The notes under the pieces are model-generated. The model did no database searches, was not told where the DNA came from, and saw only the letters and a program-made list of their open reading frames with translations. DNA of 64,000 nt from Podarcis bocagei. Taxonomy: Eukaryota. The stretch's first letter is position 1. Every line of letters starts with the position of its first letter. Location: assembly GCA_964188305.1 (NCBI GenBank), contig OZ076892.1; one strand, written 5' to 3'. Below are positions 1 to 11,602 of the stretch, piece by piece. A program made the translations under genes and the position numbers.

Positions 1-140
1 AAAGTGCTCCTTCATGCAGCACATAGTTAAACTATGGAACTCATTCCTGCAGGGAGGTAGTGATGGCCACTGACTTGGATGGCTTTGAAAGAAGATTGAG
101 CAAATTCATGGAGGAGAGGGATATCTGTGGCTACTAGCCC
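1..140 (+). mobile_element. CR1-type LINE 3' fragment
   Basis: Resembles squamate CR1 ends (ttaaactatggaactc...ttggatggcttt...aaattcatggagga...ggctactagcc); related copies near 11860-12100 and 21610-21920. Confidence 0.6.
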
Positions 141-438
141 TGTGCTGGACTAGATGAGCCCCCTCTGGCCTGGAGGAGAAGATATGAAGGGCCCTGCTGG
201 TTCAGGCCAGAGGAGGCCCATCTAGTCCAGCAGCCTCTTCTCTCAGTGGCTGACCAAAGGCTTCTGGGAAGCCCAAATGCACAACCAGGGCTTGGGATAA
301 GAGCCTGGGCTACTTTTGATGGGACAGCAACCTAGGATTCATCCTCCTAATAGGGGGTTGAGCAAATCACAAAGAATAATTTTAATGTATTCTGCTTAAA
401 AAAACTTGGTGATTAGGTGACATATAAATTCCTTAAAC

Positions 439-799
439 CAGTGGTTCACCAAAACATTTTTGCCTGTGGACCACCTGGAAATTGCTGGTGGTCTTGATTT
501 TTCTGCCTGTTGTAGCCTTTGTAATGTGCTGTACTAGATGTTGTATTTTTAAATTTCGTTTTGTATTGCTTCTTGCATTTTTAATTATAGTATATTTTAC
601 TGTATTACACCTTGGATTCCATAGAATTCAAATTTCAATATAATAAAGTGCAATGTAAGAATAATCCAATTAAAAAGCAATGAGTATTTAACGCAACAGA
701 ATGTCTTTCACCTTCAGCCACAAATCCATGCACACAGCAAGGACCAACATGATGTTTGTGGGTCAGTGGTGGTCCATGGACCACAGTTTAGAGACTCTG
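439..799. mobile_element. hAT (Charlie-like) MITE
   Basis: Exact 8-bp TSD CCTTAAAC (431-438 and 800-807); CAG...CTG ends with imperfect terminal inverted repeats (TIRs). Confidence 0.8.
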
Positions 800-2204
800 C
801 CTTAAACAAACTCCATCAAGGGCCCCAGCCACTGTCCATATCACTGGGACCACTCATTTACAGCCATCCGTCTCTGTACAGTATACCAAAAACTGGGAAT
901 CCGCCTTGTTACCTGCTTACCTGTCAATCAGAACATTGACGAACTGACTCCCTGGCATCTAGCAGCTCCTGGGCTGTGTAAGACCCTTCCTCACCATTTC
1001 CTCCAGGACTGTAAGGCCCTTCCCCCAAAGATGGCGAACATGCAGCTGCTCCCTACCACAAAGGGTTCTTGGGTTACCAGAGAGGAATGCACAGCCCACA
1101 CCTGGCTCTTAGCAATCACTACATCCCACTGCTAGATGCTTTCAGCCATTGGCTGCTGCAATATAAGAACAGAACATAGGAGCCCTGAAGCTGAATCAGG
1201 CACATCTAGCCCAGCCTCATCCCCTGTTGGAGGCGGGATGCTTCTCAATGCTAGTTGCTGGAAAGTTCAGGATAGAGACAGAGCCATTGCGCTCATGTCC
1301 TGCTTGCAGTCTTCCCACAGGGATCTGATTGGCTGGATGCTGCACCAGATGGGCCTTTGGCCTGATCCAGCAGGCTCTTTTTATGTCCTTATTCTGTTCT
1401 CACGGTGGCCAGCTATAAGGGCTCATCCACACTTCCTCTCGTCCTGCTCTTTCCCCTGGAGAAAACTGTTCTTTGGCACTCAATCAGAGCAAATAGCAGT
1501 TCAGGTTTTCTCTGGATTGATGTTTGCTCCGAGTTAGCACTAAAGAGCACATTTTCTCTGGAGTAGGAGTGAGGCAAGGGGAAAACCACTCCAACTCATG
1601 CCTAGAAAGTGCAGGTCAAGTGGGAGACCACTCCAGCCCATGCTTTCTAGGCACGGGACCAGCAGAAGTGTGGACAAGCCCTCAGTGTCTCTTGGAAGAA
1701 GCCCCTAAGCAGCACCTGAGTGCAACAGCATTTTCCTTGCTTGTGAGTTCCAGCAACTGGTATTCAGAGACATGCTGCCTCCAACATGGAGGGAGAACAG
1801 TGACTAGGAGACATTGATAAATAGCCTTATCTTCCGTGAATTCCTCTATATTTTAAATCTACTCAAGGACTGATTGTACACCCAAGTTCTCAACCTAGTT
1901 GAATCAAATGCTGGAGCTGTGTATGGCAGGGAGTGAGGAAGCAAGCCAGGCAGGGACTGTGGCCCCTGGAGGACAAAGGAGTTTTATTTCTGCCAGATCT
2001 TCATTTTACAATACTTATAGCCTGCTGTTTCAGCTGAAAGCATGATAAGCCAAAGCAGCTTGTGCAGAACACAGAACCGCCATGAAATTAAAGTCAGAAC
2101 AGAAGGCATAAAAGGGGGGGGGGGTGTAGCAGACACAATAGTAAGCCTCTGAAGTCTTCAATATGTCAGAGACTGATATAACACCTTTTCCTTCCCCCTG
2201 GCAG

Positions 2205-2357
2205 GATGTCTGTTGCTCTGAAGATGTCCATAGCAGCCCCCCAGTACTGCATCTAAAGCAGCAGAAGGATGGGACAGGAAGGGTGAAGAGGGCTTGGGTG
2301 ATCCCTCCCATCAGCGTGTCAGAGAACCATAAGCGGCTCCCCCATGTTTTGGTGCAG
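2205..2357 (+). CDS. CDH15: CDH15 exon 2 (short prosequence, start of EC1)
   Basis: ctggcag|GATGTC...GTGCAG|gtaagg; DVCC...[26 protein letters not shown]. Confidence 0.9.
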
Positions 2358-5300
2358 GTAAGGAGGAAAATGGACAATTTGGTTTTCAACAGTGGTGGAC
2401 AGTGTTGGTTCAGGAGAAGGCTTGGGAAGCAAAGAAGCGCCCTTCTCTTCCCCCCTGGTGTGATGTTTCCGTGGCTGCTCGTGCTCTCTGCTTGCATCCC
2501 ACCAAGGTCTGCATTTGGGCTTCTGACCCAGGATCGTGCCTTGGAAGGAAATGGCTGGACTGAGCCAGCCCTGAGACCTTCATTGAGATGCTGTGTGGTC
2601 ATCTGCCAAGAGCACAGCACCCTGCAGAAACACACCCACTTGCTCATTGTGCTCACTGCTAGATCCAGTGTAGAGGCCGCCACCCTTCCTTACAATCCCA
2701 TCACAATCAACCAGGTTGTGGCTGTTCCTCTCCCTCCCACTCTGCCTCTGAAGGCAGGTTAAAAATACAGTCTGACAATGGCACACATGCAGTGCTCACC
2801 TACAGCCACACCGGTTTGTTACACCATGAATGTTGACCGTAAGCACTGAATGTGTGTGTGGCCTTTGTTATGGTGAAGGCACAGCTGCATTTGCCACGGC
2901 AGGCTCCCCCACACCTGCGGCTTGCAGGCAGCTACGTGGCAGCCCCTCCCTGCACAACAGCACATGCATTCACAAGAAAACTGGCCCTCGCCTTCCAAGG
3001 ACGTTGCACTGTGCATCAAGCCTTTCATTGTGCCATGCTTTGAGAACGGATCCTGGCTCAGTGGCAGAGCATCTGCTTTGCATGCAGAAAGTCCTCCCAG
3101 GTTCAACCCCCAGCGGCATCTCCACGCAGGGCTTAGAAAGACTCCCTGCCCGAATCCCCCTGGAGAGCCACTGCCAGTTAGTGTAGAGATAATATCGTGC
3201 TAGATGGAATCAGGCAGCCTTCTATGTCCCTGAGCCTGGCTGGGATTTAAGTCACATCTGGGTACAGAGAGGGGGAAGGGCAGCACCTGTGGGCAGGAGC
3301 AGGGGAAGTGCCGGTCCTCTCCCAGCACACAGGGTTAATCTCCCTTTTGTAGATTAAATCAGACAAGCAGCAGCCCGGAGGTGTGATCTACAGCATCAAG
3401 GGTCCAGGAGTGGATGAAGATCCCAAGGGTGTGTTCTCCATCGATAAACGCAACGGGAAAGTCTACCTCAATACTGTGCTGGACCGGGAAAAGAATGACC
3501 GCTTTCGGGTAAGGAAAGCCCAACTTGCTTCGTGGTTCATTGCAGCTCCGGAGGGTGTTTTAAATGTCAGGGCTGAGCTCCGGAACACATGCAAATGGTG
3601 GTGGTGGTGGTGATGATGATGATAAGGTGCTTCTGAGCATGTGCAAAATGTATTTCCCTGAGTAGACTCCGCCAACCCTGAGATGTCCGAGATGTTGGGT
3701 TGCCACAGGCCAAGCTGGCTGGAGCTGATGAATTTCCAGACCCAGAATATTTTAAGGATGGAAGAATCATAGCACTGTAGAGTTGGAAGAGACCCCAAGG
3801 GTCAACAACTCCAACCCCTGCAATGCAGGAATCACAGCTAAATGCAAAATCTGGCCCAAGAATAGATAAGCCAAAGAGCAGATAAGTTTGGCCATCAAGC
3901 AATGCTCTCTCGCCTCCCAAGCAGAAGGCAGTTCACACCCCAGCCAGCTACTCACAGACTGTGAGTGGAGACAGACAAGTGAGTGCCTTGTTCCAAAGTG
4001 GGGGGAGGGGCAGGGTCATGGCAGGTGGAGGGGGCAGGAGGTGAGGAACAAGCTTGTGCTGCAAGCCAACTGGTAGACCAACTGAGTAGTCAGAGACAGT
4101 GGTGAAGTTGGTGGCTGGTTGCCAGTTCCTTATTTGCCCAAAAGTTTGAAACCCTGCTCATTCAGAAAACTGAAAAAGGAACTAAAGTTCTCAGAGCCCC
4201 AATATAAACTTCAGGCTGCCCCATATTATCTCTCTCAGGAAATGGTCACCTTCGAGATTCTCAAAATGGCGTCCTTTGCCCAAAGCATTAGGCTGGGCCC
4301 AACAGCAATGTCATTTCATAGAGGATACTCTTCTGGAGCTATGGGACAGCATTTTGGGCGGCCCAAAGCTTAATATGGGATGAACATCCCCAGTTCCTAA
4401 TTTGGGGTCATCATGCATGCATTTGTGAATGTTGCACAAAAACAGTGCTTTTGATCACAGATACTTATTGTGGATCTTGAAGGGGACAGTCTCCCTGGTT
4501 ATGTGTGGATCTTATAAGACAGAACTAGGCTTATATTGATGATAATAACTCAACACCTCTTGCTTTGCCCATGCCCAGCTCAGGGCCTTTGCACTAGACC
4601 TGAGTGGAGTTCCACTGGAGGATCCCACAGACCTGGAGATTCTGGTCATGGACCAGAATGACAACCGGCCCCTCTTCCGGCAGGCTGTGTTTGCTGGGCA
4701 CGTGGTGGAAGAAGCTCCCCCAGGTGGGTGTGGCAGACCCTTGCATAGTTCTTGTTTAATACGGATGGGCCAGTTCTCTGAGCCCATCAAGGTGGGTTGA
4801 ACTGGAAGCTAAGGGTGGGGAACTGTGAGAAACAAGTAGCAGCTGATAAGAATGACCGTCCCCTGCCTTAGACCTTTGAGAGTTTGTATAAGACAACGGC
4901 TGCACAAATATTGATAGCCCAAAACTGGAAAGAGGAAAAAACTCCCACGGAAAAAGATTGGCAAATTAAGTTAATGGAATATGCTGAGATGGCTAAATTA
5001 ACAGGAAGACTCAGAAATCAGGACAATAACAAATTTTTAAATGAATAGGAAATTTTTATTGCACATATGTCAAAGCCTTGTATACAAGTTGATACATCAG
5101 CAGGATTCTAAAAAACATTTGCAGTACTATGATAACAGATCAAACTAGATACGTACAGATGGAAAATATTATTTGGACATGCATGAATTAACAATAATGG
5201 AACCATGGAGAGGGTAGAGGGAAGTTAAGGGATTGGAGAAATCCCACATTTTGATATTGTATTGATGGTATAAACATTTTTTAATGTCTATTGTATATGA

Positions 5301-5919
5301 TGTTTGTTATAATTAAAACCAATAAAAAAATTATATATAAAAAAAAAAACTTCAAGAGTTCTGCCAGTCAGTGTTGACACCACTGGGCTAGATGGGAAAA
5401 TAGATTGTCCTGGTGGAATAAGGCATCTCTGTTCCTTCTCAGGTACCTATGTGATGACGGTAGAAGCCACAGACGCAGACGACCCTGAGACAGACAATGC
5501 CGCATTGAGATACTCTATCCTGGGACCAGAGATGGGAGGCGTCTTCACAATTGACGAGCTATCAGGGGAAATTCAAACAGCCCGAGCTGGGTTTGACCGG
5601 GAGGTACAAGCCTGTCAATGTTTGTCTCAGAGCGTGAGGGTGGAATGCAGTCGTGGGTGACAGGTCATTAGGCGCCAAAGAGCAGAGTGGACTGTATGCT
5701 GCACCAAAGAATGAAGCCAGTGGAAATCTGGGATGAAACATTGTTTCTCATTTGAACCTGCACACAAACTTTGATCATTTAAATCCTTAGGGTCTATTCT
5801 GTTACGACATTCCCAATTTTGAAAGCTATTGGGCTGAGATGTTTTTGAAAAAACGGGGGCAATCATTTTGAATGCAGCACATTTATGCTGTAACATTATT
5901 GCCCTGAATTATTTTTAAT

Positions 5920-5995
<76 letters not shown>

Positions 5996-8900
5996 TCTCA
6001 AAACTATACTTGAAAGAGTGAAATGTCAGGAAATGATTTGCAGTATTCTAAAAATGCACCAAAAATTTTACTTTATTTTATTTGCAAAAATCCAGTACAG
6101 TACAGATAAGCTTTGACCTACCATCTTTTGGAGGGACGCGGGTGGCGCTGTGGGTTAAACCACAGAGCCTAGGACTTGCCGATCAAAAGGTCGGAGGTTC
6201 AAATTCCTGCGACGGGGTGAGCTCCCGTTGCTCAGTCCCTTCTCCTGCCAACCTAGCAGTTCGAAAGCACCTCTAAGTGCAAGTAGATAAATAGGTACCG
6301 CTCCGGCGGGAAGGCAAACAGCATTTCCATGCACTGCTCTGGTTCGCCAGAAGCAGCTTAGTCATGCTGGCCACATGACCCGGAAGCTGTACGCCAGCTC
6401 CCTCGGCCAATAAAGCGAGATGAGCGCCGCAACCCCAGAGCCGGCCACGACTTGACCTAATGGTCAGGGGTCCCTTTACCTTTAGTTTACCGTCTTTTGG
6501 AAAGAAAGGTGGGACAGAAAACTAGGTTTTTAAACTTATCTGACAGTAGTAGCCTCACACCCAGCATTGCTGAATAATTCTAAGAAACAACAGCAAAAAT
6601 CAGTGCAGTTTTGAAATTGGGGTTTCAATTGGTGCAATTTTTAAAGTTTCACTCCACCGTCTTGATTCAGAATGATGCCCAGACGTATCCAAATATACAT
6701 TTTTTAAAAATCTGCTACTCAGGCTCTGGAACCGCCATGCATCTTAAGAGTTACAGCATCTTAAGAGGTGTCCAAACATATAGAGAACTGCAAACAACTT
6801 TCTGAAAGGTATTGTAGGTATGGAACCCAGGGAGAAGGAATAGGCAGATCCTAGAACCGTGTGAATGGTATGCTTCCCTCTCTGGCTCGTACCCTCTTCC
6901 CCACACCGTCACCTACCTCTGCTCCTCTCCACGCAGGTCGTCGGCATTTACAACCTGACACTCCAAGTGGCAGATATGTCCGGAGAGGGTCTGGCCACCA
7001 CCGCCACAGCCGTTATCTACGTGGATGACATAAATGATAACCCGCCCGAGTTCACGGAGAAAGAGGTGGGGAGTCCAACCCCCACCCACTGAGGAGGCAG
7101 AACCGGTGGGAGAGGAGACTATAAAGGACCCTGGCTGGGTTCTTTATCTAGATGGTGTGGCTGGAAGTTCCTTCTGCTCCATTTGAATGGAGTTAGGGGC
7201 ATGAGAGTGCAGTGGAGCAGGGCTTTGTTTGGCCTCTCCAATATCTCCTGCATAACAACAACAGCAACGAAAACCACTCCAGTTGTGAAGCAGGAAGTGA
7301 TCCATGCCGATGAATCAGTGCAGCCCACAAAATGCATCAAGTTCGGGCCATAGCGCACAGGCTGCTCCTGCCAAGCCCCTTGGCAGCATCCAATTTCTAT
7401 TTATCATTCTTGTTTATTCCCAATGCTTCCCCCACAAAGAGTTCAAGATGTCACACATAGTTTTGCCCCTTCTCCAGTTCTCCATCAAAAACAAGAAAGA
7501 AGGGGAAGACTGTGCCCTGCAAAGTGTGCACTGGCAGATCTAGCCAGGCCAACGTACTGAATAACTCCCACCCACCCCCCTTCTCTTGCAGTTCTCCATG
7601 GAGGCCCCTGAGAACAAGCAAGGCGTGGTCATTGGGCGGGTGCTGGTCCAAGACAAGGACCTCCCTGGTTCTCCCAACTGGTTGGCTAAGTTCACTATTC
7701 TGGAGGGGGACCCCAACGGGGCTTTCGCCATCCACACCGACCCCCTTACCAACGATGGCGTCATCTCCCTGGTGAAGGTAAGGAATGGCATTCAGCTGGA
7801 CCCATCCCTGGAGCCTGTTTAGAGCACCTGGGAACAATGGCCAAAGCACTGGGTGCTAATGAGCATGCACAGAGTGCGTTCCACTCACCATGGAGTAGCC
7901 ATAGCCTCCCCCATTCCCTAAATATGAGGCCTGGGGTGTGGACTTTGAGGGGAGAGGGGTTTACAGGCTAGCTGTCTTTGTAGAGTTTAAATAAAGGCGC
8001 ACAATCCCAAACTTTAAGCAAGCAAGATAATGATAACAAGAGCACCTCTCACCATGCGCTAAGGGCAAGTCCATCAGCACAGGGTAGCCACAACCGGTCG
8101 CCAGTCCTCCTGGATGAAGGGAGCGGGATTCTGGGGCCAGAAGCCACAATACGCAAAGTGGATTTGAGTTCTTGCAACTCTTGCTTTAGCTATCAATAGC
8201 TGGTTGAAGCTCAAAACAGAGCAGACAGAGAAAAGGCTGGGAAGCAGGAATGCTGGCCCTGTTTGAGGGATTTGCAACGATGGGAGCAAAAGGGTCCCAC
8301 GCCACTAACCACGGCTTCACCAACTCTCTGTCCCTATCGTCAGGCCCTCAACCACGAAGAACGGGACCGGTTTGAACTACTTGTCTCTGTCCAGAACCAA
8401 AGTCCCCTGGAGCTGTCTGCCCCAAAGGCTGCCAGGGCCTTGACCACAGTGCGGGTGCACGTGCTCGATGCCAATGAAGCCCCCTTCTTCCGGGAGAATC
8501 CCTGGAGGGGAAGCGTGAATGAAGGTGCACCCCCTGGCACAGAGATAACCCTCTACCGTGCCAGTGACCCAGACACCCAGCAAGGGCAGCAACTCAGGTG
8601 AGCTGGGCCAGAGGGCTTCAGGCTACCCTCCAAGGAGATACTCCAGGTTAGCCTGCATTGGGAGCAGGTGGGTGATTTTAAAGAGGAGGGGAGCAGAAAA
8701 CCCCCTGGCAGGGTTGGCCTCCAGGGCTTGGTGAGATTCTGCCCTTCCGGAGCTGCAGACCAAAGGCATGGCTTGGTGCCTGGCATAAAACTAAGCGCCG
8801 CAAGAACTGCAGCTCCTGTTCCCCTTTTTGTTTTAAATAAGTCTCTAGCCTTTATGGCCGAGAAGAAAAACATACCAACTTGCAGAAACAGAAAAAAAGT

Positions 8901-11553
8901 CCTGCTGAATCAGGTCAAATGCCTCTTTAGTCCAGCATCCTGTTCACACAGTGCCCAACTAGATGTTTATAGGATACCCACAAGCAAAACCTGAGCGCAA
9001 CAGCATTCTTCCCCATTGTGATTCCCAGCGACTGGTATTCAAAGGCATACAGCCTCCAGCAGTCAGGGGAGAGCATAGTTGTCATGGCAGTGTTTTGTAT
9101 GAGCCTCTGCAAGGTGCCTCCTCCACCACACAAGCCCAATTTGCCTCCCAGATGTGTGTGACACGCTGGTGAGTGTGACTTCCCTTTAGGTATTCATGCT
9201 GTTCATGAATACACACACACACACACACAATATTAGCGTCTCTTTCTCTGACCTGCATCCTCAGGTACTTCCAGGCCTCTGACCTGGCCAGCTGGCTGCA
9301 AGTGGACCCTGACTCCAGCCTGGTGCAGACACGACAGACAGTTCCCCCACGCTCAACATTCCCAGGCGGCTGGTACACCTTGAAGATCCTGGCCAGCGAT
9401 AATGGTGAGAAGGTCGGGCAGAGAGTGGTTATTGTTAGGGCCGGCCCTAGTCACAATCAAAGCTTTTCCGTTAGGAATACATCTACGTTCTCCTGCTTTT
9501 TGTCTAGGAAACCCATCCCTGACAGCTACAGGGACCCTGTCCATTGAGGTGCTGGAAGTCAACGACCATGCTCCTCTTCTGCTTCCGGTGACTAGCGAGC
9601 TATGCAGCCAGGGCGGACGCCTGGTGCTGAGTGCCACTGACGACGACCTGGCTCCCCACGCGGAGCCCTTCCACTTTCGCCTCAGCCCTGACATGGCTCA
9701 GAATTGGACTCTCGGACACATCAATGGTAACCTTGACCTGGTGGGAGTCAGCACTCCTACATTTAGCAGAGGGTGGGAAAGAGATTCAACTAGGGATGCC
9801 ATCAGCGTTTGGCTTTCCCAGTCAATTCCAATGAGCCTGAGCACCCCAACTTAAAAAAAAATACAATGACCTGGCTCTCTGAGCAAGGCTGGACCACAAA
9901 GTCCAGCCGCCATTTTAATTTCCTTCAATATCACTCCAAGGTATTGTGGGAAATTAAAGTGGCAGCTAGGCTCATTACTGTAAAATTAATGAATGTTGAA
10001 GTGATGTTGGACTGAAAATAAGCGGTATTGGTAAAAAGACGAATAAGAATATGTAAATGTGGATTGACAATGGTTGGAAATATTTAGTTATAAAAGGTTA
10101 AGATAATAAGTAAAGATAAATGATAGAGGGTAAGGATTTGCTGAACTAACTATGTGAACTGGAATACAGAAAAGGGGGGTGTGAGGAGGTCAGGAAATAA
10201 GTAAATGAAAGATATGACATGAAAATATTGACTGTTTTTCTCTTTTTTATTAATTTTCTTTATTGTCTATTTTTTATTTTTTTATTTCTCTTTTACTATT
10301 GTTATGTTTTTTTATTTTCTTATTTACAATTTTGTAATTTTTACTGTCTGGAAAAGCTTAATAAATATTATTTAAAAAATAAAAAAAAGTGGCAGCTAGG
10401 CTCAGCTTCCTGGCACTGCCTGTCCCTCAGCACAGCTGTTTCTGCCATTGCTGCTGCCCCCAAGTAAGCCAGCCAGTGGGCCCCTTGTCCTGGGACCCCT
10501 CAGAGCCACTTGGATTGGTCTTCCTGCAAAGGTAACAGAAAGCATTATGGGAGGGGGGTGCAGAAGAATAGACACAGGCAGGTGCCTGCTTTCTCCATCC
10601 TCCTCCCTGAAACTCCCCCATCTCTTACAGACACCCATGCGCTGCTGCAGACTGAAGGAGAAGTGGACGTAGGGCTCCACATCCTGCCACTGCTCATCAG
10701 TGACTCGGGGACACCGCCACAGGTGCGAGAGCAGCTCCTGAATGTCTCTGTGTGCGCCTGTGACAAGTGGGGCTCCTGCCAGGCTCACGTTGCTGCCGTG
10801 GTGGGTGCTGTGGCAGGCCTGAGTTTCGGGGCCTTGATGATCATCCTGAGCTGCACCATCCTGCTCTTGCGTAAGTGCAACACGCCTTCTGGCGTGAGAT
10901 TCAGGGCCTGTTCCTAAAAGGGCATTATGCTGGGGCATGTCTGATGTGGTTCAGTCCCTCAAGCTCAACCTAATGGTAGGGCCGGCCTGGCCAGTGGGAC
11001 CCGAGGTACAATGTTAGAGCAGGCTTCTTGCGTCTCTTACTTGCTCATGAGTAGGAGCTGCCAAACAGCAGCTGCATGTCATGCTATGCAGAGGCCTGGG
11101 CAGCCACCACAAATAGCAATGCCTTTTTGGAAGGAACTTGTGCCCCTGCTCTGGAACTTTTCATCAAGTCCTCCCTGCTGCTCCTCCAAAAATGGGGAGA
11201 ATTGTTTCTGCTTCCACTGGCCTTTTGAGTACTAATTATTACTTTTCTCACACTGCATTGATTTTCTGCTGTAATCTATCCATCCACCTGAAGATGTAAT
11301 ATATTAAGGAAAATTGCTGTGCAACACACACACCCCATATTAGGAAAAAATGCATAATGGTGTGCATATGAGGAGAAATTCTCACAAAACTGCTGAAAAA
11401 ATTCCATGAGGACTTAAAAAAAAAAAGCAAACTAATATGGAGAATTGAATTTAGGATTGGACAAAAATGAAAAACAGAGAGAAACCAGAATTGAGATATT
11501 TGCTCATTCCTACTTGCAGGAGGCTGGGGAAAGGACATGTTTTGATGCTCTGC

Positions 11554-11602
<49 letters not shown>

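Noticed and set aside
1-2204. CDH15 exon 1 (signal peptide)
   Set aside because: No ATG with a hydrophobic stretch and a phase-0 donor was found; the ORF at 1136-1537 overlaps repeat-derived sequence. Exon 1 is probably upstream of the window.
3040-3130. tRNA gene
   Set aside because: The A/B-box-like motifs belong to a SINE head; no complete cloverleaf is evident.
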